DNA of 64,000 nt, taken from NCBI RefSeq assembly GCF_006345805.1, contig NC_043012.1, positions 18,476,001 to 18,540,000 on the forward strand, in the 5' to 3' direction. The position numbers were made by a program, and so were the translations under genes. Shown in pieces: positions 1 to 14,519 of the stretch. Under the pieces are notes generated by a model. It had not been told where the DNA came from and made no database searches. It saw only the letters and a program-made list of their open reading frames with translations. Origin of the DNA: Octopus sinensis. Lineage: Eukaryota. The first letter of the stretch is position 1. Each line of letters starts with the position of its first letter.

Positions 1-989
1 GTGTAAAAACTTTCTGCTGTAATCTGATGAATGTTTTTTCCATATTCTTTTTGGCTACGTCTTTTCCTGTGTAATGGTATTTTGGTTCTATGAAGAGCAT
101 AACGAAAATTTCCTTTCACATGCAGACGAAAAAAGTAAGAAAAAATACTGCTAACACATTTTGTTGTTAATTTTTTTCAGTAGTAGATGTATGAATTTTT
201 ACATATAAGATGTGCCTCGAGATTTTGAAAATGAAATGAGCCATTCATTTGTAATGAAAAAGTCAAAAGTAAATATATAAATTATAGTCTACACAATTTG
301 AAATACTGATTAACACTTTAGGTACGTCAACGGTTATATTTGAAGTATCGAATGTGTTATTTATTTTTTCTTCAGTTCGTTAATTTTACTTTAGATCATA
401 CCTTCATTGGTAATGTCTCCTGAGTTACGAAACACATATTTAACTATCTAACTAGTAAATTATAGAAACACCTATTAATGACGTTATTTCTGAATAGATA
501 CATGATGGCAAATCTTGCGCAGTAGCATTAAGAATATTTTAGATTGGTTATTTGAAGATGCAAGTTTATTTGACTAGTTTCAAATTGTGTTTCCAGACAT
601 TCTTTGTATAAATAGAATAGTGTATACTTTTTGTCAACATAGAAATCAAAACAAGAACATCTAAGTAAATACAATGCTTCTGTATCTGGAATCAGTTTAT
701 AAATAAATAACCAATCTGTCAAACACTGCTGTACAAACCTACGTCTATATATGCTATGGCGCTAGAACTGGGAAAAAGAAAGAAAAAATGCAGTGTATTA
801 GTTGATTCAAATATCTTACAAAATATTGTACAATGGCGGAGAATTTGCAGAATTGTTAGGCTACCTTTAGCTATTCAAATATAACCACCATGTTCCACGT
901 TCAAATCGCACCAGCGTCAATTTTAGCATTGTTAATTTCTTGTCCAGTAAATCCCTACTTTCTTTCTGAATCCAGTTTCATCTCACTCA

Positions 990-1400
990 ACCTTGAACCT
1001 TCTAAATAAATACATGAGCTGGAATCATAATCTGGCAAAAAACGAAATGATGTGTATGGATAGACACACACGGAAACCGTTGTCATTACACGGAGCATTT
1101 CAAGCCAGCGACGAGACTGATCGATTGTACTTCTCCATAAGTTGTGTAAGTCGATGGGTGGGTGTTCAATCAGTTGTGAGGACTATGTTGAATCAAAGGA
1201 CAAGAGTTTATGGTGGTATGTAAAAAACGCCGTGGAACAATTGATGATGCATGTGAAGTAATCGGACACCATCAAAACTAAAAACTATGTTAAGAAATAA
1301 GTTTGAAGAGGAAAAAACACGAAATAAAATGTACGCCCAGTTAGAAAGAAATACGACCGCAAAGACAGAAACAGCAGCCCGATGGTTATGGATGCGGATA
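990..1400 (+). mobile_element. Decayed R4/Dong-like non-LTR retrotransposon fragment (region after the RT domain)
   Basis: Translates across frameshifts to MDRHTRKPLSLHGAFQASDETDRLY...LWWYVKNAVEQL...KMYAQLERNTTAKTETAARWLWMR, resembling the DRKTRKLLTMHGALHPKSDVDRLY...HGQF...W.WL pattern of REL-endonuclease LINEs. Confidence 0.7.
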
Positions 1401-1403
1401 CAA

Positions 1404-1598
1404 GGCGGCGAGCTGGCAGAATCGTTAGCGCGCCGGGCGAAATGCTAAGCGCCGAGGTCGGCTTTGCCTTTCATCCTTTCGGGGTCGATAAATTAAGCAC
1501 CAGTTACGCACTGGGGTCGATGTAATCGACTTAATACCTATGTCTCTCCTTGTTCGTCCCCTCTATGTTTAGCACCTTGTAGGTAATAAAGAAATAAG
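1404..1598 (+). mobile_element. tRNA-derived SINE, family A (internally deleted)
   Basis: Head ggcggcgagctggcagaatcgttagc with a box A-like motif; body ctttgcctttcatcctttcggggtcgataaattaag recurs many times in the window. Confidence 0.85.
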
Positions 1599-1729
1599 TT
1601 ATGGATGCGGAAGATGAATTGACGATAGAAAAAGAAGCACTTACATGCGCGATACAAGAATAAGTTTTGATGATAAACTATTTGAGGTGCAGATTTAATA
1701 AAACAAGAGCGACAAATGCAGAATGTGTG

Positions 1730-2138
1730 GGGAGAGGGGTAAAACAGTGCGGTACACACAGTGCTAAACTGGTACTTAATTTATCGAGCCCGAGAGGATA
1801 CAAGACAAAATCGATCCCGGCATAGTTTGTATTCAGAACGTAAAGACGGACGAAATACCGACAAGCATTTTGTCCGGCGTGCTGCCAATTCTGTTAGTTC
1901 GTCATATTAACAACAACAATATAGTCTACACATGGGGCAACCTCTCGTCTGATGATAAAGTTTTGGCACAAGTCCAGCAATTTGGGATGAGCGGGCGTCC
2001 CTGGTGCTTAATTTATTGACCCTGAAAGAATGAAAGGTAAAATCGACCCCGGCGCTATTTGAACAGAGAATATAAAGCAACATGAAATACTGCTAAGCAT
2101 TTTACTCTGCATAGTAAGGATTCTGTTAGTCCACCGCC
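1730..2138 (-). mobile_element. Two adjacent diverged family A SINE copies
   Basis: Reverse complements of the family A head and body at ~1730-1903 and ~1960-2138. Confidence 0.7.
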
Positions 2139-3059
2139 ATTTTGCATTTATACATATTGGTAAATGATTGCTTTGTATATTTGCAGAAAGCGATTTGGGA
2201 GTTTATTAAATTATCGTTAGGACATAAAACAGCGAGATATAAACTTCAGTGGAAATATGGTCCATACCACCTAAAACACAAATTTTGAAATAGCGAGGTC
2301 ATTTGTCTGTCGTATACTGTGAGCTGAAGAATTAGTTCTCTCATTATTTTCCCTCCTTCCTCAATGGTAAAAATGTTGATACTATCTCAATATTACGTTA
2401 TGGACCCGTCATATGAAACTGTAATCCTGAATCCAGACGAGAATATTCCATACATCGTGTTAGGAAAGCAATGTCAAACTAAAGTTAAACAAAACAATAC
2501 AACAACCAGCTTCAAAATGGTTATGATCAAGAGAAACGCTGAAATTTGGATAGCTTCCATATGATAATGGATTTAAGATTCAACCGACAGCTTTTATGAA
2601 TGCATTCCATAACTTTAAAGCGGAATATCCCTGCAAATATGATTTTAATTAATATTGTTGCTTTCTCTGCTTCTATGAAAAACAATGTATGATGTTGAAT
2701 ATATAAAGACATCCAAAATATCAGAAATTAAATAAATTACTTCATATTTCATGTTTCTTGTATACTGGGCATTATCTAACAAAATATTTCTTCCATTTTG
2801 AATTTGCATACGGACTGGACAAAACAAAATGTACCTCTCGTAAAATTGTCGCTTCCTTCACTAACATTAACTGTATGCAACATTAAAAATATAGCAAAAA
2901 AAAAGAAGGCAATGGTATCTAAATTTGAAGTATCTAAATATAAATAGATACTTGCTTTAAATATTATTTTCCTATGATATAAGGTCACTGTAAGAATTTA
3001 CGTGTAAAGACGAGTAAAATATTATTATGTATAACCTTGACGCCGGAAAAAATTCATAC

Positions 3060-3605
3060 TGGCTTCTGATCTGTCTTTGTGATATGAATTCAAATTCTGC
3101 CAATGTCTACTTTGATTTCCATGATTTTGAGGTCGATAAAATAAGTACCAGCCGATTTACGGTGTCGATATAATCTCCATGATCCCCACCCATAAGGTTT
3201 TGGACTTTTGAAACCAGTAATAATTGATTTCTACTCTAGGCACAATACCGATTTTTTTCCGGGAGGGGGCCAGTCGATTAGATCAGCTCCAGTGCGTAAC
3301 TGGTACTTATTTTATCGACCCTCGGCGGAATTTAAACTAAGAACGTAGCGGCAGACGTAACACAGCTAAGCATTTCGCCGGCGTGCTAACATTTCTGCCG
3401 GCTCGGCGCCTTTGAAAGCAGTAATGATTAATATAACAAAAGCAGCGAACTGGCAGAATAGTTTACACGAGCTACAATCTGCTTCGCGGCATTTCGTTCG
3501 TCATTACGTTCTGGTTTCAAAGTCTGCCGCGATCGACTTCCCCTTTCATCCTTTTACCGTCAATAAAATAAGTACTAGTCAAGCATTGGGGAATATGTAG
3601 ACGAA
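3060..3605. mobile_element. Cluster of three family A SINE copies (+ 3060-3220, - 3236-3412, + 3440-3605)
   Basis: Each carries the gtcgataaaataagtaccag body; two also carry the ctggcagaa head. Confidence 0.75.
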
Positions 3606-3910
3606 TTCTCTATCGAAATTGCTGGCCTTGTACCAAAATTTGAAAGCAATATTATAACGTATATTAAATCGGAGAATCGTGGCTTTGGTACTACATGTAT
3701 TAAAGAATAACGGTAATAGCCACGCATTCATTTCTTCACTAACTCTATTATTCTTCCTGTGTAAGATATTCTCCTTGGATGTTGCTTTCTGCGGAACGAT
3801 TTCATTGAAAAAATACTTTCAGCTTGTAGGCATGCTGTTAGCTACCTTTCGCAGAATGGCTGAAACGAAAACGCTCCGACTTCTAAATAATTTTTTCCCT
3901 ATTGCAATGG

Positions 3911-3990
<80 letters not shown>

Positions 3991-4119
3991 ATATCTTTCT
4001 TTCTTTCTTTCTATCTATGTGTGCGTATCTGTGTGCGTTTGCGTGCGTGTGTGTGTACTTGTGTGAGTGTGTATGTGCTTATATATGTATACATTGGGTA
4101 TATATGCTTATCATTATTT

Positions 4120-5345
4120 ATTTTCATTTCCAGATTTGTTGCCAATAGAAAAGGATCTAGTTTCTAACCTAGATCCAAGACTTCTCCATTTCAACAATAT
4201 CAACTAGTTATTTTGTTTTTATGTATATATGTACGTATATGTGCAGATTTGTATGTTTTGGTTTATGTATTCTCATGCATATGGTTGCATATCTAAACAT
4301 GCTCATGTATAAATAATAATTTTACAGATTTTTACATTCCCAGTGATAGACTGGATTTGTAGTCTTCGAATCAACTTTCTCCTTTGTGGTTTGAGAAGGC
4401 TAATTTCTCAAGATTCGTATTTAGATAGTGTGTTACATATCCCAGTGTCCCAATGATTACAGGCGTAAACCTAAACTTGTAATCTTGATAAAATAACAGC
4501 AAATTTGTCAATAGTTCAGCATAAGTATTTTGTTTATCTCTGATATTTTGCTTTATACTAACATCCGCTGGGTAGCTACTTTAAGAACTGTACACAGTTT
4601 CTCTTCTCTATCACAAATCGCTATGTCAGGTCCATTATTTTACATTTTATTGGGTTTTCACTGGGGCATTGCACCAGTATTCCTTTTTATTATGAATGGC
4701 TATGTCTTCTCCCATATTATGGGATCTTATTTCTTTATCCTCTGTGCTATCCTTCTGACGGAACTCGTTATACAGTGTCATAGCTAGTATATCGTTTCTC
4801 ATCGATAGATAATCCCCTGACATAATTTTCGGACAACTGCTTATAATATGGGTGATATCTCCGGTGTCATTTCCACAAAGTCTGCATCGGTTGCCTCATT
4901 TTGCCGATTTTCCCGCACCTCTGTCACTTCTGTGCATCAGGTATTTGTTTGATATTTCCTGTTCCTTGATTGCAAACACATACCCTCAAAGTGGGAGGTA
5001 GAAATCGGGTTGTTGAAGTCACTGTCATCTCACAGCTTTCTACTAACATATCCATACATGGTCTTCTGCTTATATGCCCTCATCAGATGGTACGTTGCGG
5101 TAAAATATTGCGAATTCGCTGGGCATGTGTTTAAGTTTATCAGAATTTATTTTCCAACTGCTATGATGTTATAAACTTCATGTACGCAAACTTAGTCAAG
5201 GGATGCATTTCGACACTTGGTGGATAATATTTGATGACGAAGGGATAGGATCCGACATTCAAAGGCAGTCTGGATTGATGTTAAGACTCTGTCGCCTTGC
5301 TTTTCTTTTAGGTAGTGGCTTTCTACGTCACTGTTGATGTATAAA
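4120..5345 (-). mobile_element. R4/Dong-like LINE 3' fragment with CCHC knuckle, REL endonuclease remnant and 3' UTR (copy 1)
   Basis: Minus strand reads RCRLCGNDTGDITHIISSCPK (4827-4890), then EYWCNAPVKT..GPDIAICDREEKLCTV and FTPVIIGTLGYVT; multiple stops and frameshifts. Confidence 0.85.
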
Positions 5346-5405
5346 TTATGTATGATGTATCTATGTATGTTTGCAATCATGCATGCATCTATCTATCTAT
5401 CTATG

Positions 5406-5522
<117 letters not shown>

Positions 5523-5651
5523 ATATCTTTCTTTCTTTCTTTCTATCTATGTGTGCGTATCTGTGTGCGTTTGCGTGCGTGTGTGTGTACTTGTGTGAGT
5601 GTGTATGTGCTTATATATGTATACATTGGGTATATATGCTTATCATTATTT

Positions 5652-6877
5652 ATTTTCATTTCCAGATTTGTTGCCAATAGAAAAGGATCTAGTTTCTAAC
5701 CTAGATCCAAGACTTCTCCATTTCAACAATATCAACTAGTTATTTTGTTTTTATGTATATATGTACGTATATGTGCAGATTTGTATGTTTTGGTTTATGT
5801 ATTCTCATGCATATGGTTGCATATCTAAACATGCTCATGTATAAATAATAATTTTACAGATTTTTACATTCCCAGTGATAGACTGGATTTGTAGTCTTCG
5901 AATCAACTTTCTCCTTTGTGGTTTGAGAAGGCTAATTTCTCAAGATTCGTATTTAGATAGTGTGTTACATATCCCAGTGTCCCAATGATTACAGGCGTAA
6001 ACCTAAACTTGTAATCTTGATAAAATAACAGCAAATTTGTCAATAGTTCAGCATAAGTATTTTGTTTATCTCTGATATTTTGCTTTATACTAACATCCGC
6101 TGGGTAGCTACTTTAAGAACTGTACACAGTTTCTCTTCTCTATCACAAATCGCTATGTCAGGTCCATTATTTTACATTTTATTGGGTTTTCACTGGGGCA
6201 TTGCACCAGTATTCCTTTTTATTATGAATGGCTATGTCTTCTCCCATATTATGGGATCTTATTTCTTTATCCTCTGTGCTATCCTTCTGACGGAACTCGT
6301 TATACAGTGTCATAGCTAGTATATCGTTTCTCATCGATAGATAATCCCCTGACATAATTTTCGGACAACTGCTTATAATATGGGTGATATCTCCGGTGTC
6401 ATTTCCACAAAGTCTGCATCGGTTGCCTCATTTTGCCGATTTTCCCGCACCTCTGTCACTTCTGTGCATCAGGTATTTGTTTGATATTTCCTGTTCCTTG
6501 ATTGCAAACACATACCCTCAAAGTGGGAGGTAGAAATCGGGTTGTTGAAGTCACTGTCATCTCACAGCTTTCTACTAACATATCCATACATGGTCTTCTG
6601 CTTATATGCCCTCATCAGATGGTACGTTGCGGTAAAATATTGCGAATTCGTTGGGCATGTGTTTAAGTTTATCAGAATTTATTTTCCAACTGCTATGATG
6701 TTATAAACTTCATGTACGCAAACTTAGTCAAGGGATGCATTTCGACACTTGGTGGATAATATTTGATGACGAAGGGATAGGATCCGACATTCAAAGGCAG
6801 TCTGGATTGATGTTAAGACTCTGTCGCCTTGCTTTTCTTTTAGGTAGTGGCTTTCTACGTCACTGTTGATGTATAAA
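5652..6877 (-). mobile_element. R4/Dong-like LINE 3' fragment (copy 2, created by the tandem duplication)
   Basis: Near-identical to 4120-5345 at offset 1532. Confidence 0.85.
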
Positions 6878-6937
6878 TTATGTATGATGTATCTATGTAT
6901 GTTTGCAATCATGCATGCATCTATCTATCTATCTATG

Positions 6938-7023
<86 letters not shown>

Positions 7024-8073
7024 ACTAACTAACTAACTATCTATACACATATATATTTGGAGACTTTTGATTTATAGCTATAAGAATCAAATTACATCCT
7101 CCATTTAGCGTAATAATAATTATAATGCAAATCCTGTTATAATTCCTAGGCGGTGTCTTCCTTAATGAAATTAATTTTTATACTTATTTCGCATATAATT
7201 TGCTTCTTATATGAGAAAATATTTGAAAAATCTTGCATAAACATCTATTACAAAGAGATACCACTGGATGAATAAGTTATTCTGGCATTAGGCCAATGTA
7301 GGAAATTCCATATAGTCATTTCACCAGTGCGAAAAGCAAACAAAACTCCATCAAATCATATTCCGCTTTCCAAAATAGGAGTCGTACATGATATGTTGTA
7401 GTATCACGCAAGTTATATGATCATTTTTTAAAAAGGCCGCCATGGCTCCATTACATTCGAACGGGAATTAAATTGATGCGTGTATGAACTGGGACAAAAT
7501 AACGCCGAAGTATAGTAATATATTTTCAAATAAATATGAAAACTTTCGAAATATTTATAAGAAATACATTTTGAATGAATAGTTTAGTCTTACTACAAAA
7601 TTAGAGCATCACAAGAGATTATATTAACTCAACATGGTGATGTGTTAGAGAGAAACGTTACAGCCATTTGGGCAATCAGAGTGCAAAGTAGCAATTGATA
7701 TTTTCAGATATTCAAGTGGTAAATAATGGAAATCATACAGGTTACTGTTGAAATCATTACTATTTATCTAGCAGCTATTTACTACAGCATTTTAGATTCC
7801 GTTTATAGTATACGTCTACGAAAATCGAAAATGTAAATATTAACTTTCTCCAATACAGAATCCCGCTTGAGTCCTTCATCGTATACTTTATATTCAAATT
7901 ATATTTCAACATTTTGTTTACAGCATATTACAAACATCACAGGCTTGTTAATATTTACAAAATTATTCAATGTTCGACCGCCAAATTTCAGTAGCAAATA
8001 CCAACTTAAGAGTAAAATCCTCACTTGTATCGTACTTCTTAAATATTTCCAAGGAAATAATCGATAAATTTGT

Positions 8074-8143
8074 TCATATCAAGTTGCCTAATAGCAATAA
8101 CACCAACGGAAACACAATGTTACTACTTGAGATGAAGGAATTT
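8074..8143 (-). CDS. Candidate terminal exon with hydrophobic, GPI-signal-like tail (NSFISSSNIVFPLVLLLLGNLI*)
   Basis: Acceptor ctctctgaatttcgacAG; phase 2 start matches the end of the 12569-12672 candidate exon; ends in TGA. Confidence 0.3.
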
Positions 8144-8271
8144 CTGTCGAAATTCAGAGAGATAGATTATCTGATTTTACGACGTTAATATATAACACGA
8201 CAAAAGAAGAAAATAGTTACATTGAATAATCTACGTTATATAATATTTACAATTTGCACAATAGTTTTTGT

Positions 8272-8304
<33 letters not shown>

Positions 8305-8319
8305 ATGGATGTATGGATG

Positions 8320-8400
<81 letters not shown>

Positions 8401-8439
8401 GATAGATAGATAGATAGATAGATAGGTATTCATATGTAA

Positions 8440-8746
8440 ATATACTGTTGTGTCTGGGGAGAGTCATTTTCTTTTTGTGCCTTATAATATAACACATTCA
8501 CCGGTAAATATTTCCACCTTTTTCTTATTTTTATTTTCCTAAAATCTTCGTTGCGTCTTGCAACCTTTTCAATAGTTTTGACTGATAGTTAGATAGATTG
8601 ATAGCCAAAACTATTGAAAAGATTGCAAGAGGGAAACGAAAATGTTTGGAAAATAAAAACAGGAAAAAATTGGAAATGTTACTGGTGAGTGTGTTATATT
8701 ATAAGGCACAAAATGAAAATGACTCTCCTCAGACACAACAGAATAT
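8440..8746. repeat. Foldback element: ~140-bp imperfect inverted arms with a 25-bp spacer
   Basis: 8440-8580 is the reverse complement of 8606-8746 (ctgttgtgtctggggagagtc... / ...gactctcctcagacacaacag). Confidence 0.9.
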
Positions 8747-8984
8747 GCTTCAACACACGAACTGATGCAAATAATCTTGCAAACAAAATCCCAAAACGAA
8801 ATATGTATATATATATATATATATATACACATCTTTATCTGTTATCTTTTAGGAGTTTTACCTTGAGAACTGCCGCCATGTTGGAGCACTACCGTTAGCA
8901 ACAACTTCACTACCTGGTACATACTCTGACATGTACAAATTGATGAAATGACGGAATTTGTTTGTTACCCTGCATACATACATG

Positions 8985-9375
8985 CATACGTACAGTTTAG
9001 GTTTGTACCTGTAATTACTGGGGGCCCTGGGATATGTAACACGCTGGCTAGATTCCAATCTTTAGAAACTGTGCTCCTCAAAACCAGAAAGGAGAAAGCT
9101 ATTTCCAAGACTACAGATCCAATCCATCACTGGAACTGTAAAATTCTGTGAAACTTTTCAGAAGTTTATCATTTAAAAATATATGAGCATGTCTCGATAT
9201 GCAACTATATGCATGAGAGAACATACATAAAGCAGAACATACAAATCTGCATTAATGCATACATACATTCAAAAAACAAAAATGCCATGTTGATGATGCT
9301 GAAATTCCAATGAAGGAGCCTTGGATCTTGTTTAGAAACAGGCTCTTCTATTCGAAATAAAACTGAAAGATGACA
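8985..9375 (+). mobile_element. 3' end of the same R4/Dong-like LINE family as 4120-5345
   Basis: Aligns by eye to the reverse complement of 4125-4480 (FRFVPVITG..GYVT tail plus UTR ttggatct.gttagaaac). Confidence 0.75.
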
Positions 9376-9385
9376 TGACACATGC

Positions 9386-9430
<45 letters not shown>

Positions 9431-10228
9431 AACGAATGATTCTAATTCCAAGTTTCCGTATAGAAACGATTACTGCCTTGTTCGTTCCACAGCCGTAGAG
9501 GAATCATCGTTCTCAAAGGAGAACAACCTACCAAACACAATATAGATCTAGGCGTCGCATCCACTGGACCAAATTAAATAAATTCTCTCCTTTAATGTAT
9601 TGCGTCGAGTTACTTTTATTCGACCATTTCTATTTATTTCCCAGCCAAGATATCTATATACGTTTGAAATTGTATATCAACCCGTTTTCCTATTTATACA
9701 TTTCTGTACATACACAAACACACACACACACACACACATACGCGCATATAAACACAAGTATGTATGTATATGTGTATTCGTGAGAGAGAGTAGGGTGTAT
9801 TTCTTTGTGTGTGTTTGGATGTTTGGTTGTTTGGACGGCTGCATATTTGCGTTTATGCTGGTATTCAAAGTAACAAAGGCCCCTCCTTGATTACGTGTTG
9901 GCCTTACCGTTGCAAACATAAATCTACGAATATACGCTTAAAGTATGTGTTCGAATATATTTATAACTGAAGTAATTACTTTCGCAGGAATCAACACACA
10001 GAAGAATGATCGAGCAGAAACACATATATAGCTATATGAATAACGAATTACTCCCTCTCTCTCTCCCACTTCCTGTCTATCTGTCTATCTATCTATCTAT
10101 ATATTTATTTCTCTCTGTCTCTCTCTCTCTATATATATATACATATAATGAGAGAGAGAGAGAGACATACATACATCCATACACATATATATATATCATG
10201 TATACATATACATTTAAATATATAAATT

Positions 10229-10303
<75 letters not shown>

Positions 10304-10630
10304 TTATACATATACATTTAAATATATAAATTACATATATATATATATCACGTATACATATATATTTAAATATATAAATTATATTTACGCATACACACAT
10401 TGTATTTTATATATACAAAAACATATACAAAGATATATATATATACACATATATGTATATGCATTATATGTGTTTATATATATATATTTCTTATATATTT
10501 AAATATATATAAATGTTATATATATGTATATGACTATATATACATACATAATGTACTTTATATATTCCATTTCCACAAATATATCTATTTATCTATATGT
10601 GCATATTGGTGTGAGTGTGTGTGTCTCTGT

Positions 10631-10681
<51 letters not shown>

Positions 10682-11146
10682 GAAAGATGGGGATTCTGAG
10701 TGGAAGTGAGAGTGGTACTTGCGTATATAGCTTGAAGCTTACATCCGTTTTATAAATGCATAAATGTTAAACGATTGTGACAAAATCGATTGATATCTGC
10801 TTACAATAGAACTATATTTATATGACTAAAAAAGAATTACAAATTAATTTCCTGAAATATTCCTGGTGGACGTACATATTGCGTGTGATAAAATCATGTT
10901 TGGCTACCGTTTGAATCTAAGATGAGAGCCGTGCATCGTTTCTTAGATATATTTCCATCGTTCCAGGCTGCAAGCCAGATTCATGTAAGTAAACAAATCA
11001 TGCTACATATATGATTATACTTTGATTGCTTTTCTTGAAATATATCAAGCTATATATATTGCAATCAAATTCGTACCTTCTCATATTTCACATCCAAAGT
11101 ATTATTTTCCATTTCATCAATATACATTGAAATAACATTAGATTTA

Positions 11147-11182
11147 TTATTATTACTATTATTATTATTATTATTATTATTA

Positions 11183-11263
<81 letters not shown>

Positions 11264-11265
11264 GG
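11147..11265. repeat. (ATT)n microsatellite
   Basis: Direct observation. Confidence 0.95.
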
Positions 11266-11583
11266 TTGTTGTTTGTTGTTGTTCTGATTGATTTTCTTTT
11301 TGTTATTTTCCTGTAATCACCCTTCTTAATTTACTATCATGTGCATCATCAATATCGCTAATTATCATTGGAGCGATGGGTCTAGTAAAATAAACCCGAA
11401 CTCCTCCCTACTGTTTATGACAGTGCGATATACTCATAGAAAACTTGTCCGAGCTTTCTGCTCAGCGAAGCAGTATTACTACGCAAAGTTACAGTCCATG
11501 TCTAACATCCACACTGATTTCATTAAAATTCCAGCCGGCATTGTTGAAGATAATGGTAATGTGAGGTAAGTTAGAACTATATT

Positions 11584-11645
<62 letters not shown>

Positions 11646-12568
11646 TATATATATATGTATGTATATATGTATGTATGTATATAAACCTATCGACCAAAAT
11701 ATCGACTATTGCTACATCCCGCTGGTCACAACGCCCTTCATGGCATTGGGCTTCATTTCGAAGGAATCCATCAGCTTGAATAGAGGTGCATGCATTTTGC
11801 GCAAACGTACAAAGTTTTGCATTTGGGCGTATCGAAGCCTGGATCATGCGGTAGTGAGTGCTCTTAAGTCGCAGACCACGTTCGTATACATACATACATA
11901 CATACATACATGCATACATACATACATATATGGAGAAGCATATGAATATACTCCATATATATCTATACAAATATACACGTGTGTGTTTCTTTATATGTAA
12001 GATAGCCACCAAGATATTAAACACTCTTCAGCAAAAGAAATTATCTGTCTTAGTTTGGGTGCATCCAGCACCTGTGATCCGAAATTTCAACTCGTCTCCT
12101 CGCTGCAATTCTACGTTCAATAAATTTCGTTAAAAATAACTTCAGGCTACTGTATAGCGCCATTTGTATGGCGTTGGTAGGTGATGCTGATTATTGTTGT
12201 AGTAATGGATTTTTTTTTATATATAGATTGATATCTTAGTTTTATTATCGTCCTGTATTACCCGTCTTGCTATCAACGTCTGCCATAAATAACGCATTAC
12301 TGCACAATGTTCAGTTTCAAGATAGTGAGGTGACAGTGATGGCTAAAGATCATACTCTTGGAAAATGTATCTCTTTGTTTGTTGATCTTGATCTATATGG
12401 CGATGCTTTTATTTAGACTTACTTTATTAGCATTGTTGCGCTATTCCGAAAACTTGCGTTGAAGAATTTCGTAAACTTGATTTTTCTCTTGTTTCCTCCC
12501 AACATAGATCATTTTAAAGATATATTAGTAGAAGATAAATAATGGAGTCTATCAGTTAATGTACTCAC

Positions 12569-12672
12569 CTTTTACATGAAGCTGTGATAGTCATCAATAT
12601 ATCATGAAAAACAGGTTGGCTGAGATAGTGAACATCAAATATAATCTGTTGTATCGCTTTCAAGCCAATGGG
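12569..12672 (-). CDS. Candidate internal exon PIGLKAIQQIIFDVHYLSQPVFHDILMTITASCK (phase 0 to 2)
   Basis: Acceptor tattttaatatttctAG, donor AAG|GTGAGT, only one open frame across 104 nt. Confidence 0.45.
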
Positions 12673-13036
12673 CTAGAAATATTAAAATATAGCGACTGGC
12701 AACTGATATAGATGAGTAAGGAGCCGTATATGTCTAGTATTGTTACTATTTAGTGGTTTGAATAAGGAAATATTGTCTGCTGTTACGTCTATGCGTTGAT
12801 ATTTGCGAGAATTTATTGAAAATGCTATTACCAAATTTAGATGCTATGTTACTTCTTCATGTTATGTGAAAAATATGGTTGTCATCTTGTTTTCCAGATA
12901 AGCTGATAAATTAATAGTAATTACTATTGTAAGATTGGAAAGGATATCCATAAGGATATAAAGTAACTTCATGAATATAAATAATCCTTTATCTAAGAAC
13001 ATGACGAAAAAGGATTTTTAATATATACAGATCAGT

Positions 13037-13225
13037 TAAGGCGTCGAGCTGGTATGATTGTCGACACGCCGGCCGTAGTGTTTAGCAGCATAATGTACGT
13101 TTTTACGTTCTCAATTAAAATTCTGTAGATTTTGAGCTTGAATTTATTCCCTTCTCTGTCGATAGAATTAGTACCAGCGTTACACTGGTGACTGTAATCA
13201 AGTTCTCCCTCCCCTCAAAATCTGC
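13037..13225 (+). mobile_element. Old family A SINE
   Basis: aaggcgtcgagctgg head and gtcgatagaattagtaccag body. Confidence 0.6.
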
Positions 13226-13910
13226 AACCAATATGTAAGGAGCAGTAATCATATATCATCATAAAAACTGTATTGTATCAGATTTGCGTATTTGATGCTA
13301 AAATGAGGTGTTTATCTGAGCTTAATGTTCTACGTTTATATATCTGTTCGTGATTAGAATGTGTCAGTGGAAGGAATTGTGTTTGAATTATACTTCAGAT
13401 GCTAATATCTTTGATGCGTTAATTACATTCACTCGTACTGTTAATCGGTGGTGTTAATTACCTGTAGCGTTAACCCATTGATGTGAAATTTGGAAGCCAG
13501 CTGCGAACATCAGCTTATAATTATATAAATCATCCGTATGCTTGGGTTGCCCTCAGCTATATAAGAAGATCGGCATTCATAAGGCATCTGCATAAAATAG
13601 TATATAGAGTACAACTAATTGGATTTGAATAGAGTATTTGCCAATCGATAAAGCCAAAATGAACCGTAACCGATTTAATATCTCCCTGATTTATAAGCTT
13701 TGTGGCATCAGAATGTGCTAAATGCCGGAATAAATAGCTTATGTTTTGTATCCAAACCCATTCTCGCTCACCTTTGATTTAGACTTATATAATGTTGATT
13801 AAAATGGTACCGTTAATATTACAAAGTTCCAGTAAAGGAAACCTCTTCCATTACATATTATAATGCTTTGTCTCATCAGTATATATGTACATGTATGTTT
13901 GTGTATACAC

Positions 13911-13943
<33 letters not shown>

Positions 13944-13963
13944 ACACACACACACACACACAC

Positions 13964-14025
<62 letters not shown>

Positions 14026-14519
14026 GGTGATACTTCAATACATGCATAGATACGTGGACGTTAAAATACGCTTCGCTTAACGAACACATACAGTGTTATT
14101 GTATCATTTAATTATATTTAGAGATCAAAGATATATTATCACATTTATGCTCGCTAAACCTGTTTAGATGGAGAGAGTATTTGCTCCTTAATTTTCCTAC
14201 AGATCTACACAATATTCTTAGGTCACTTTGCGTGACTAGACTAGTGTGAATGTTCACGGGTGCACGAACAATTATTAAAAGCTTGTGCTGTGGGTGAACG
14301 CAGAAATATGCCGATGGGAAAATTTCACTTTTGCTGATAACATGGCGTACATGCCAGGAACAAAACATTATTCAAATTTGTTTCAGTCAAACATTTTTAT
14401 TTCATATTCGTAAATGGCTTATGCGTTAGTATTAACAAGTGTGCAGGTATGTCTGGGGATAACTTAAACAAGACAATAATTACATTTTAATCTTTCTGTT
14501 TACTTTCCTCTCTCCATTG

